Shown piece by piece: positions 19,400-28,373 of a stretch of 64,000 bases of DNA (the first letter of the stretch is position 1; each line of letters begins with the position of its first letter). The notes under the pieces are model-generated. The model was not told the origin of the DNA, made no database searches, and worked only from the letters and a program-made list of their open reading frames with translations. Location: the sequence record MW822008.1. One strand, written 5' to 3'. Made by a program: the position numbers and the translations under genes. This stretch comes from Escherichia phage BF17.

Positions 19400-19920
19400 G
19401 TATATAGAAAATGACAACGGACATTGAAAAATGGACACTGAGAACCTACTTCTCTTGAAAATGTAAAGGATAGATGAGCTTTACCGTTGTAGCGAACAGC
19501 AGAAGAAACCTGTTAGAGTACTGGCATTCAAACAAACACGATGTAAGACCACGAATCACGGCGACACGGCTGTATAAAGAACTCCGATAAGCATACAGAG
19601 AGTTCCTAGATAGATGTATAAGGTTCGCACCTTACCAGATTTGCTAAGGGAGTTCAAGAATAGCGGACGCAATTTTTACAAGAAAGTTGCGTCCAAAATT
19701 TGAGAACAAGTACTACTTTGATCGAATAGAGTTAGTACTGAGTGCTGTTGATGAAAAGACCAGCGACCGTTGCATATGACTGCGATAGAGAGAAACCGAG
19801 CAACCCGCTTTCGCTCTCTAAATTTTGGTACAAGAAAGATCCGTCCAAAATTTGAGAAATTCGCAATTCGATAATATCCGATGCCATCATCGTCAAGAGA
19901 GACTTAATTGTCTCTTTTTT
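19400..19920 (+). ncRNA. candidate non-coding RNA locus (GC-richer island, no long ORF)
   Basis: About 0.5 kb with no ORF of 60 aa or more, visibly higher GC, 8-bp perfect hairpin GGACGCAA/TTGCGTCC at 19665-19694, direct repeat at 19690 and 19841, terminator at 19898-19920. Confidence 0.3.
19898..19920 (+). terminator. intrinsic terminator
   Basis: AGAGAC-ttaatt-GTCTCT followed by TTTTTT. Confidence 0.5.
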
Positions 19921-20060
19921 ATTACCTTCATTCCCCTGCGGGGGGATGTAATAGTCCTCAACAAATCCCGTCAAGTTTTTAAAGTACATTATCATTTTCA
20001 GAAGGAACTAGTTTACGAAGTAAACGCAGTGACTTCTTGAGTTACGAGAGAACGAAGTGA

Positions 20061-20489
20061 ATGAGTAACACAACGAAAATATCCGATAAATCCGAATTAA
20101 CACAAATGTTATTCAAAGAATATTTTGAGTTTCAGATAAAAGACGAACATCAATTACCACAGCAATATTTGAAAAGAATTAAAGATCCGTCAGTAATTAC
20201 TAAAGAAACTAATTTTTATAATAGTATTTTGGATTTCGTTAAATCAGTTCATACAACAAGACCTATTGTAGTTTTGTTTTTTGATAAATCTATTCCTTTA
20301 GTAGTTCCTGAAAATGTATTTTTTATTTCAGAAACTGATTTAAATAATCAAAGTACTGTAAGTAGATTAAGAAATTGCTTACTTGTAGTATGTGATTCTT
20401 CTTTGTATAATAACAGAATACTATGGGATAGAAGTAAACGCAATGCAGTTTCGGAAATGAATCCTGAAATTACCTTTATTATTAACTAA
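20061..20489 (+). CDS. hypothetical protein (142 aa)
   Basis: ORF track; ATG start. Confidence 0.5.
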   Translation: MSNTTKISDKSELTQMLFKEYFEFQIKDEHQLPQQYLKRIKDPSVITKETNFYNSILDFVKSVHTTRPIVVLFFDKSIPLVVPENVFFISETDLNNQSTVSRLRNCLLVVCDSSLYNNRILWDRSKRNAVSEMNPEITFIIN

Positions 20490-20521
20490 ATAATAAGAGA
20501 ATAACTCTAAGGAGAGATATT

Positions 20522-20962
20522 ATGGAAGATATTAATGATTTACGACACGTAATGGACTTTATCGGAAGTACTGAAGAAGATAATTCATATGATGAAGTAC
20601 TATTAACTTTTATTGAAAATAGTTTGTTTTTAAGTTCTGCTGCACATAACTGGCACTTACAATGTCATTTTTATACAAAGCATTTACAATTAGATGAACT
20701 ATATAAAGAATTACCAGAATATGTAGACGCATTTGTTGAAGGTATCATGAATAATCGTGGTGCTTTGCAAGTTGGGACTGGTAATAGTTATCGTTTTACA
20801 CCAATTGAAGATTGTGTACCAATTCTTGAAGAATATGTTGAGCAATGCAGAGCAATTCATGATATGCTTGAAGAATCGGGTGATTACGGCAGTGTAAACA
20901 CATTAGAAGATATTATGAGTTTTGTTGAAGGAACACTTTACAAACTTAAAGTTTTACAATAA
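20522..20962 (+). CDS. hypothetical protein (146 aa, acidic)
   Basis: ORF track; GGAGAG RBS upstream. Confidence 0.5.
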   Translation: MEDINDLRHVMDFIGSTEEDNSYDEVLLTFIENSLFLSSAAHNWHLQCHFYTKHLQLDELYKELPEYVDAFVEGIMNNRGALQVGTGNSYRFTPIEDCVPILEEYVEQCRAIHDMLEESGDYGSVNTLEDIMSFVEGTLYKLKVLQ

Positions 20963-21010
20963 ACTATATGGTGAGTCGCTATGACTCTCCTTTTCTTTTG
21001 GAGAAATAAT

Positions 21011-21628
21011 ATGAAATCGCATGAGTTAGCAAAATTACTACTATCTCAACCAAATCTAGAAATTTATCATTATGATGCAGAGAGTGACTTGCATTATCAG
21101 AATTTTGATAATAGATTAATGGTTACACCATCTGGTATTTTCACAACGGTAAAACCTACATCAGTTTCTGAAAATGTACTTACACCATACGAAACCCCCC
21201 TCTTGGGTCATGTGCAAATTTTCTTTAAGGATGGTACTATTACTCCAAAATTGGAGGGTTCACATATTCAAACTGTTCTTAGCTTAGAATATGGGTTGGT
21301 ATTTAACATTCCTTATGAAAAGCCAATTGTTTTATTAGGTAAAAATAAATCAACACAATTCTCTAATCAACATGCTGTTTGTTATACATCTGATGATATT
21401 GATTTCATTTCAGTACTGACAGAATATGATCCTAATACTTGGCATGAAACATGGGAAAATATGTCATATGATGAAGCAATTGAATGTGGTAAAAATTTAG
21501 CCAAAATGTTATTTCCACCGAAAAAAGAACTTTCACAAGAACAAAATGAATCATTTTCTAAAGATTTTCCTGATTCTGAATTCAATGTTAAAGTATCACC
21601 TTCTATGATTGATAAAATTGAAAAATAA
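21011..21628 (+). CDS. hypothetical protein, paralog family B member 1
   Basis: Start set to ATG 21011 (GGAG RBS; ORF track start 20981 lies inside a hairpin). N-terminus MKSHELAKLLLSQPNLEIYH parallels MKAKDLAALLLQNPEMEVYH at 22364. Confidence 0.5.
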   Translation: MKSHELAKLLLSQPNLEIYHYDAESDLHYQNFDNRLMVTPSGIFTTVKPTSVSENVLTPYETPLLGHVQIFFKDGTITPKLEGSHIQTVLSLEYGLVFNIPYEKPIVLLGKNKSTQFSNQHAVCYTSDDIDFISVLTEYDPNTWHETWENMSYDEAIECGKNLAKMLFPPKKELSQEQNESFSKDFPDSEFNVKVSPSMIDKIEK

Positions 21629-21634
21629 AAGAGG

Positions 21635-21994
21635 TTGAACATGAGTGATTACCGCGTAACATCTGGACTAATGGCACGTCTTATTGAAGCAGTTCCTGAA
21701 GATGATTATGAAGCTATTTCAGATCGTCTTTTTGACGCAGATTCTAAACTCCATATTACATATGATGGTGCATTGATTTACAGTACTGATATTGATATGT
21801 CTAGTTATGAATTTGAGATTTCTTTTGGTAACAAACTAACTACTGAAGAATTCGCTCGAAAATGTGAGCGTGAAGGATTCTGTATTGATATTAGTTCAGT
21901 TCAGCCATATACATCACTGTGGTATGATGGTGCTGATAGTCCAATGTCTACTACATCTTTACAGGATTTTCTAAATGCAAATCAAAAAGATTAA
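21635..21994 (+). CDS. hypothetical protein (119 aa)
   Basis: ORF track; GAGG RBS. Confidence 0.5.
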   Translation: MNMSDYRVTSGLMARLIEAVPEDDYEAISDRLFDADSKLHITYDGALIYSTDIDMSSYEFEISFGNKLTTEEFARKCEREGFCIDISSVQPYTSLWYDGADSPMSTTSLQDFLNANQKD

Positions 21995-22367
21995 ATTCCA
22001 CCAGCATTGTTCTATACATGAATGTGATGATTGTGGTATACAAATGAGTGACATTTATACAGTTTCCTGTAAAGGTTTCAAATTCACTCACGGTGAACCT
22101 GCTTATTGTTATGGTACAGAAGAAGGTGATATCGAAGTAGTACTGAAAGAATTGTTCCAGTACTTGCAAAGTGTAGGTCATGATGTTACAATACCCACAT
22201 ATTATGAAGATGATTATGATGCACATGTAGAAGAAAATACATATTATAATCAATTCGTTTATGGTAATGGTTTTATCACATACCTACATGAGAATGGTAT
22301 TGAGGTAAAAACTAAGTACACCAGTGATGATTATGATGATGATAATTCTATGGAGATTGTAGATTGA
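21975..22367 (+). CDS. hypothetical protein (130 aa, Cys-containing N-terminus)
   Basis: ORF track; HQHCSIHECDDCG possible metal-binding cluster. Confidence 0.45.
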   Translation: MQIKKIKFHQHCSIHECDDCGIQMSDIYTVSCKGFKFTHGEPAYCYGTEEGDIEVVLKELFQYLQSVGHDVTIPTYYEDDYDAHVEENTYYNQFVYGNGFITYLHENGIEVKTKYTSDDYDDDNSMEIVD

Positions 22368-22951
22368 AAGCAAAAGACTTAGCAGCACTGTTGTTGCAGA
22401 ATCCTGAAATGGAAGTGTATCATGAGCACATGCACATTGATGACATGTGTGACGCTTACTATTCACCAGAAAATGTGTCTGGTATTGAAATTACCCCTAG
22501 TGGAGTATTCATCAGTACTGAACATATTGATTTCGATTCCCAGCAAGAAATCAAAACTCCACATAATAAGCCTCGCATTGGTGCTATTGACCTAGTATTT
22601 CATCAGGACCGTTTGGTGGAATATGATGAAGACGATGGTACTACCCGAACTGATGTTGAGAACATTGTTTTTCCTTTTTATAATGCATACGGAGACTCAA
22701 CAACAGGTGAAGATTTCTTCAGTGAACTATTAAATGATGGGGAAGTTTATGGTCAGAATGGAACAGTTTTTGTACTAGATCCTAATTATGAGCCAGACCA
22801 TAATACATGGCAATTCTACACACCTGAAGATGTAATGGAAGTTAAAGTACTTACAGATCTTGACGATAATTGGAACCCAGTATATACTTCAATGACATTT
22901 GAAGAAGCAAAAAACCATTTCGTTTCTAAACTAAACATTACAAAAGAATAA
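22364..22951 (+). CDS. hypothetical protein, paralog family B member 2
   Basis: Paralog of 21011-21628 (N-terminal block and TPSG(I/V)F motif). Confidence 0.5.
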   Translation: MKAKDLAALLLQNPEMEVYHEHMHIDDMCDAYYSPENVSGIEITPSGVFISTEHIDFDSQQEIKTPHNKPRIGAIDLVFHQDRLVEYDEDDGTTRTDVENIVFPFYNAYGDSTTGEDFFSELLNDGEVYGQNGTVFVLDPNYEPDHNTWQFYTPEDVMEVKVLTDLDDNWNPVYTSMTFEEAKNHFVSKLNITKE

Positions 22952-22964
22952 GGATTTGAAATTT

Positions 22965-23246
22965 ATGAAAATTGTCGCAAGTGCATGGATGAAACTACAA
23001 GATGGTACTACTGCTTTTGAAGAGTATGGTTTTGTTGAAAGTGTAGAAGAATTAAATCGTTTTAAACGTGAAAATGATGATGATGTATTTGACATTGTAT
23101 TCACCTATCACCATATTCCAAATGATACAGATTATGAACATTATTATTACAATCCAGATCTGCTGGAAACTCTAGTTTGCGACAATCAACATGAAATTGA
23201 TGAAAACACTGCTCTACTAATGCTGAGTACCGTATCTCCGGTATAA
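22965..23246 (+). CDS. hypothetical protein
   Basis: ATG 22965 with AAGGA RBS 9 nt upstream (ORF track TTG start 22956). Confidence 0.45.
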   Translation: MKIVASAWMKLQDGTTAFEEYGFVESVEELNRFKRENDDDVFDIVFTYHHIPNDTDYEHYYYNPDLLETLVCDNQHEIDENTALLMLSTVSPV

Positions 23247-23254
23247 GGAGTTAT

Positions 23255-23734
23255 ATGTATAACCTTACAATTATCCGCGAACCAAATGATTATGAAGGTA
23301 ATACAATCTATGGTGAAGTTTTGGTATTTCAAAGTACTGAACAAAGTGGTATTGAACATAAATTAAAAGATTATTTACGTGATCATTTATATCTGCACCG
23401 TACTGATGCAAATTGTAATTATGGTGATATAATGTTTATTGTAACGCACAATGGTGCGGTAATTGAACATGTGAACATGACAAATGTAATGGATTTTTAT
23501 AATTACACTGACACTTCTTTTCCATTGGATAACTATTTCAGTACTGTTTTTGATGCGTTACGTAAGAACGTTGCTAAAAATGATAGATTCTGTACTAATT
23601 TTAGATTATTAGAAACAAATACAAGAAAGAATCTTTCTAAGAAGTATGATGAAGAACATAAGAAAAATCAGGAAATTCAACGTTTACATGAGTTAATGAA
23701 GAAATATCCCAACGAGGTCAAATATGGCTCTTAG
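23255..23734 (+). CDS. hypothetical protein (159 aa)
   Basis: ORF track. Confidence 0.5.
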   Translation: MYNLTIIREPNDYEGNTIYGEVLVFQSTEQSGIEHKLKDYLRDHLYLHRTDANCNYGDIMFIVTHNGAVIEHVNMTNVMDFYNYTDTSFPLDNYFSTVFDALRKNVAKNDRFCTNFRLLETNTRKNLSKKYDEEHKKNQEIQRLHELMKKYPNEVKYGS

Positions 23735-24062
23735 AGGACAAACTCAATATAAGTGTATTGAAGAAATCAGAAAGAAAGATGGAACACTTTTTGACAGGAA
23801 ATTAAAACAAGAATATAAAGACCTAAGAGATGTTATCCGAAATGAAAGTTTCGGTGGGAAGCGTAGGCAGAAGATTTATGAATTTCTGAAGAATGGTGTA
23901 GAAATTCAAGTCAATGGTCTTCATTGTGTACAAACCAAAAACGATCCAGATATTTTACGTCTTTTAAAAGAGGGTAAAATAGAAATGTTCAATATCCCAA
24001 TTTCATCCTATGGTAATAGATTAAAATGTAAGCACACGTACTTAAGGATTAAAAATGGGTAA
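23724..24062 (+). CDS. hypothetical protein (112 aa, basic)
   Basis: ORF track; short overlap with neighbours. Confidence 0.45.
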   Translation: MALRGQTQYKCIEEIRKKDGTLFDRKLKQEYKDLRDVIRNESFGGKRRQKIYEFLKNGVEIQVNGLHCVQTKNDPDILRLLKEGKIEMFNIPISSYGNRLKCKHTYLRIKNG

Positions 24063-24639
24063 ATTAGTATATTACTATGGTAGTATGTCTAGTGGTAAAA
24101 GTACTCATCTTTTACAAAAAGCATATAACCATAAGAAAAATGGAATGAAGGTAATTTACTTAACCAGTGCACTTGATGATCGTTATGGAACAGGAAAGAT
24201 TACTTCAAGAATTGGCATCGAAGCTGTGGCTGAAGTAATTCCAAAAAATGACATTAGTGTTCTTCTTAAAGTTAAAGAAACACTCAAAAATGACGTTGAC
24301 ATTAACAGTATCTATGTTGATGAATGTCAATTTTTAAACAGAGAACAGATTGACCATTTAGCTGATATAGCAGATAATTATGGTGTTGATGTTTCCTGTT
24401 ATGGAATACGAACAGATTTTGAATCCAATCTATTTGAAGGTTCACAAAGACTGTTCGAAATAGCTGATGACATACATGAACTTAAGAACGTGTGTGAGAA
24501 TCAGAAGTGTGGCAAAGAAGCCACGATGAATGCCCGTATAGTTGAAAGTACTGATAAAGTCTTTATTGGTGGTGATGAATCATACAAGAGTCTATGCAGA
24601 ACTTGCTATATGGATTATATGAGGAATAAAAATGGTTGA
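24055..24639 (+). CDS. tdk: thymidine kinase
   Basis: P-loop GSMSSGKST near N-terminus, conserved DECQF, C-terminal Cys pair (CxxC...CRTC) typical of type II thymidine kinases. Confidence 0.85.
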   Translation: MGKLVYYYGSMSSGKSTHLLQKAYNHKKNGMKVIYLTSALDDRYGTGKITSRIGIEAVAEVIPKNDISVLLKVKETLKNDVDINSIYVDECQFLNREQIDHLADIADNYGVDVSCYGIRTDFESNLFEGSQRLFEIADDIHELKNVCENQKCGKEATMNARIVESTDKVFIGGDESYKSLCRTCYMDYMRNKNG

Positions 24640-24856
24640 TTCATTTATGAAACGCGTTTTGAATGATGTACTATCTGGATTTAAAAAAGCGACTAGTCTT
24701 ATTTTTAGTTCAGTAGTGATGGTTATTACCGTAATGGCATTTGCACTTGTACTGCATTTTGTACCATTCTGGTTAGTATTCATTGTACTCATTGTTCTTC
24801 TAGGTACGCATGTTTATTATGTTTACCGTGAAGCTTTGGATGATGATAACGTTTAA
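24632..24856 (+). CDS. small membrane protein with two predicted TM helices (holin-like topology, function unknown)
   Basis: Two hydrophobic stretches (SSVVMVITVMAFALVL; VPFWLVFIVLIVLLG) and charged C-terminus. Confidence 0.4.
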   Translation: MVDSFMKRVLNDVLSGFKKATSLIFSSVVMVITVMAFALVLHFVPFWLVFIVLIVLLGTHVYYVYREALDDDNV

Positions 24857-24863
24857 AAGTGTT

Positions 24864-24888
24864 TGACCTCACTATGTGGGGTCTTTTT
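24864..24888 (+). terminator. intrinsic terminator
   Basis: GACCTCAC-tatg-TGGGGTC followed by TTTTT. Confidence 0.55.
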
Positions 24889-24899
24889 AAGGTATCTAT

Positions 24900-25343
24900 A
24901 TGCATAACGAAACTGAAGTCTTCAAACGTTTCATTGATATTTGTTTACACACGAATTTGGTATATTTGGGTCCAGGAGCAAACTTCAGAACTTTATCTTC
25001 AATTTTAGGATACACTGAACCATCATGCTTATATTGCGATGGGAACATGATCCATCTCACTGATGGTGATTTTAATGTTCAGTACATTTCACAATGTGAT
25101 ATGTATGTGTTTAATACGCCAGAATATAATATTATTATTGAAGAACGTACTAAAGATAATTACCCAACCCAATATGTAAGTTGGGATAGAACAGATTGCG
25201 TATATGCCACTGGTCCAGTACAGAAACCTATGAACTATCCTACTATTCATTTGAATGTTATCCATGATGAATTGAAAGATTACTGTAACAGTATTTCAGA
25301 TTCGGAAACAAAATACTTTCCTATTATATTTTTTAAGGTTTGA
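24900..25343 (+). CDS. hypothetical protein (147 aa)
   Basis: ORF track. Confidence 0.5.
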   Translation: MHNETEVFKRFIDICLHTNLVYLGPGANFRTLSSILGYTEPSCLYCDGNMIHLTDGDFNVQYISQCDMYVFNTPEYNIIIEERTKDNYPTQYVSWDRTDCVYATGPVQKPMNYPTIHLNVIHDELKDYCNSISDSETKYFPIIFFKV

Positions 25344-25735
25344 TTATGAGATGGCGTAAACGACATGTAACAAGATTTAATAAAATAATCAAAAAGTATT
25401 TCTCGCATAAGTTAGATCCAATCATACTTCAACTAAGAAGTAGTATGTTTGATAGACGTTTCCCACAGTGTTTAGAATCGTACAGTCGTAGACGTTCCAA
25501 GAATGAATACCTGGTATATCGTTATGATTTATCAGAATTCTTTTTGAATACTCGTGTATCTGTACCCATAAAACTGTACTCAAGGGTAAAACGAAGTAGG
25601 ATTCAAGATATCACGTATGGTTATCTTATGCTTGAAATCAGCGAACTAAATGAAAAAACAGGTAGAAATTTCAGTACTTTATGTCTGGAAAACAATGATA
25701 CCATAAAAAGAATTATAGAAGATTTGGGCAAGTAG
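25340..25735 (+). CDS. hypothetical basic protein (131 aa)
   Basis: ORF track; ATGA overlap. Confidence 0.45.
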   Translation: MIMRWRKRHVTRFNKIIKKYFSHKLDPIILQLRSSMFDRRFPQCLESYSRRRSKNEYLVYRYDLSEFFLNTRVSVPIKLYSRVKRSRIQDITYGYLMLEISELNEKTGRNFSTLCLENNDTIKRIIEDLGK

Positions 25736-25764
25736 GATTTTTTATGCTATAATTGGAGATGAGT

Positions 25765-26109
25765 ATGAAATACATCGACAAAGGTACAGTTGAAACGCAG
25801 TACTGGAATATTCATATTGCTGGTGATATCCAAACAGCAAGAGAGTACACAAGAAAGTTCACATTCAATCTTGGTTTTTGTGTACAATTGATTCCGTGTG
25901 AATACATCTACACGGGTGGTCTTGAAAGTGGAATGTGTGCTCGTATTATTCAGTACCCACGCTTTCCAAAAGAAGAAGTATATCTCAACCGAGATGTATT
26001 AAACTATGCTAAGGGTTTAGCTGAAGAGTTGTGTCAAAAGAGTTTTACTATTGAGCGAAACAATGATACAATCTATTATGAAAGTGCCAACCCTTTACAC
26101 AAGAAATGA
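25765..26109 (+). CDS. hypothetical protein
   Basis: ATG 25765 with GGAG RBS (ORF track TTG start 25753). Confidence 0.45.
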   Translation: MKYIDKGTVETQYWNIHIAGDIQTAREYTRKFTFNLGFCVQLIPCEYIYTGGLESGMCARIIQYPRFPKEEVYLNRDVLNYAKGLAEELCQKSFTIERNNDTIYYESANPLHKK

Positions 26110-26120
26110 AAGGAAAATAT

Positions 26121-26252
26121 ATGAATGGACTAAAAAAGTTTGGTAAAGATTTTCTAAAGTGCATCCGTTATACATACGATGCCAACCCTGAAATGACTGC
26201 CATCGTGGGTGTGTTTATTACACTCGTTGTATTAAGCTTTATTGTGGTGTAA
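26121..26252 (+). CDS. small membrane protein (43 aa), below the ORF-track size cutoff
   Basis: ATG 26121 preceded by AAAGGAAAA; encodes MNGLKKFGKDFLKCIRYTYDANPEMTAIVGVFITLVVLSFIVV with a C-terminal TM helix; fills the gap between annotated ORFs. Confidence 0.4.
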   Translation: MNGLKKFGKDFLKCIRYTYDANPEMTAIVGVFITLVVLSFIVV

Positions 26253-26255
26253 AAT

Positions 26256-26459
26256 ATGATTGAAATTAATGCTGATGTATATTGTAGTGCATCACCCAAC
26301 TACTTCATTTATGCACTAAGTACATTTGGGGAAACTGAAGGTGAAACTTTTGTTTTAGTAGATAATACTACATGGTACAAAACAAGTAATAAAATTCCGA
26401 AAGATGTTTTGGAAACTTATGTTCGTATTGAAAATAAAAACATATATGTAAATTTATAG
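26256..26459 (+). CDS. hypothetical protein (67 aa)
   Basis: ORF track. Confidence 0.4.
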   Translation: MIEINADVYCSASPNYFIYALSTFGETEGETFVLVDNTTWYKTSNKIPKDVLETYVRIENKNIYVNL

Positions 26460-26466
26460 GTAAAAT

Positions 26467-26877
26467 ATGATTGAAATGGAAGGAACTCTGGTGTATGATC
26501 CAGATCGTGGCACTATGAAAAAGAAGAAGGACTTCTGGTTAGTACTACAACTTCCATTGCAGTTGGTTCGATACTACCAGTACTTCATCAGAACTAACTT
26601 ACATATTGATATTAAAGACCCACAATGGGGAGCACATGTCAGTATCGTTCGTGGTGAAGTGCCACCAAATCCAGAGTACTGGAAAAAGTACGATGGAATG
26701 AAAGTTAAGATTAAGTTCGATCCTTTCATCGAAGAAGTAAAAGACAATAAGAAACCTGGGTCATTCTTTATCATAGAGTTTGAAGATGATTTCATTGCAC
26801 AAATTCGTGATGAACTTGGTTTAGCATCTAAATATTTCAAATATCACATCACCATTGGTAGAACATACTACGATTAG
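26467..26877 (+). CDS. hypothetical protein (136 aa)
   Basis: ORF track. Confidence 0.5.
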   Translation: MIEMEGTLVYDPDRGTMKKKKDFWLVLQLPLQLVRYYQYFIRTNLHIDIKDPQWGAHVSIVRGEVPPNPEYWKKYDGMKVKIKFDPFIEEVKDNKKPGSFFIIEFEDDFIAQIRDELGLASKYFKYHITIGRTYYD

Positions 26878-27044
26878 TGTGGATATTTGGTAAATAGGTC
26901 TTGATATAACTAAAAAGTATGCTATACTACTTAAATGTTCCAAAGAACAACTGAGTACTGTAGAAAGTCCAATGAGGCTTTTGCAAATGGCCTCTTTGCC
27001 CTCTTTGTGATTGCTCATTGTTAACAACCAACAAAGGAGGCGTT

Positions 27045-27971
27045 TTGAAAAAAGCGAAAAAAGCACTGAAAACTAAAATTGCCATAGGCGTGTTAGTTTC
27101 ATCAGCCCTATTCGCTGCGATTGGATTTTATGGTTTTTCTCAAAGTGATCGTGCATCATCATTAGACGAAAGTCAGGTGCATAATTTAAAACCACAAGTT
27201 ACGCAAATTCAAAAGCAGGAACTACCACAGGTATCAGTACCAAAAGCAGTTCCAAGCAGCGAGAAACATTATACGGTTCAACCTGGAGATAGTTATTATT
27301 CTATTGCACAGAAATTTAAACCTAAAAATGTACAGATTGAAGATTATGTCATTTTGTTGAAGAACATCAACTTAAATGCAACTCTTCATACTTCTCAGGG
27401 TATCTTTATCCCAACAAAAGAGGATTTGAAGAACGTATTGTTACCAGATGTGACTGTACTGTTTGATTATAAAGATCCAGAAATTGTCAATCACATCAAA
27501 GAAGCTGAAGGTTCTATTGAATTTCAGTCCAAGAACAAACGACGTTTACTTGGTGGGAAAGTTGGAGTTCCTTTCCACAATTCTAAATTTCATCCCTATA
27601 AGGACATGAAAGGTAATTATACAATTGGTTATGGGCATTATTTGGGTAAGAAAGATTCTGATGCAATGAAGTACAGAAACGGGATTACCAAAGCACAGGC
27701 CAACAAACTTTTAATGCAAGATATGAAAAGGACTTACGAGGACTTTACACTATTGATGCAGAAGAAAGATGCAGTTAATCTGACAAAAGAACAGCAGCGT
27801 ATCCTGTTTGAAATGTCATACACAATGGGCGTTGATAAGTTGGCAACATTTAACAAACTATGGAAAAGTGTTAAAATGGATAACCCTAAGAAATTCAAGA
27901 AAGAAATCATGAATTCCTTGTGGTATCGCCAAGTTACAAACAGAGCGGATTTGTTGTTAAGCTCACTCTAA
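27045..27971 (+). CDS. T4-type lysozyme (GH24-like) with N-terminal membrane anchor and LysM domain
   Basis: TM segment IAIGVLVSSALFAAIGFYGF; LysM-like YTVQPGDSYYSIAQKF; C-terminal YKDMKGNYTIGYGHYL parallels T4 lysozyme YKDTEGYYTIGIGHLL, with candidate catalytic Glu in EAEGS upstream. Start taken as TTG 27045 after AAAGGAGG (ORF track 27018, also TTG). Confidence 0.6.
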   Translation: MKKAKKALKTKIAIGVLVSSALFAAIGFYGFSQSDRASSLDESQVHNLKPQVTQIQKQELPQVSVPKAVPSSEKHYTVQPGDSYYSIAQKFKPKNVQIEDYVILLKNINLNATLHTSQGIFIPTKEDLKNVLLPDVTVLFDYKDPEIVNHIKEAEGSIEFQSKNKRRLLGGKVGVPFHNSKFHPYKDMKGNYTIGYGHYLGKKDSDAMKYRNGITKAQANKLLMQDMKRTYEDFTLLMQKKDAVNLTKEQQRILFEMSYTMGVDKLATFNKLWKSVKMDNPKKFKKEIMNSLWYRQVTNRADLLLSSL

Positions 27972-27986
27972 AAAGGTAGGTAAATT

Positions 27987-28319
27987 ATGCTAAATCTAGT
28001 TATCCAAGGTAATGTTGATATTACTCCAGCAATCAATGACGCAATTCATGCTGAAGCAAATGCACTAACGAAGTTTAGTGATTCTTCAGTACTGCATATT
28101 GGTGTTCATGTGAAGAAAGAGCATAAGAATCAATATTTCGTAACTTTAACATCAGGCGGTAAGAGTGTTACAGCCGATGATGCAGATTTATACAAAGCAA
28201 TTGGTGATTCATTTGAAAAAATGGAAACTGTCTTAGGTAAAGACAAAAGCATCAAATTGTATCGCCGTAACCACCCCGAACATCCAGTTCAAGAAGACTT
28301 GACTGAAGACGAAGAGTAA
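27987..28319 (+). CDS. ribosome hibernation factor homolog (HPF/RaiA/YfiA family)
   Basis: LVIQGNVDITPAINDAIHAE...VHVKKEH...ADDADLYKAIGDSFEKME parallels E. coli HPF/RaiA (NITG.NVEITPAL...VEK..H...DMYAAIDGLIDKL). Confidence 0.55.
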   Translation: MLNLVIQGNVDITPAINDAIHAEANALTKFSDSSVLHIGVHVKKEHKNQYFVTLTSGGKSVTADDADLYKAIGDSFEKMETVLGKDKSIKLYRRNHPEHPVQEDLTEDEE

Positions 28320-28330
28320 GATATAATAAA

Positions 28331-28358
28331 GGGACAGAGATTATTCTGTCCCTTTTCT
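28331..28358 (+). terminator. intrinsic terminator
   Basis: Perfect hairpin GGGACAGA-gattat-TCTGTCCC followed by TTTTCTT. Confidence 0.7.
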
Positions 28359-28373
28359 TATGGAGTTTTAATT

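Noticed and set aside
19400-20060. tRNA genes in the GC-richer non-coding island
   Set aside because: No canonical T-loop (GTTCRANYC) or D-arm motifs and no cloverleaf-sized inverted-repeat pattern found by eye; the nearest match (AAGGTTCGCACCTT at about 19620) lacks the conserved A58 context. A tRNAscan-type search is still needed.
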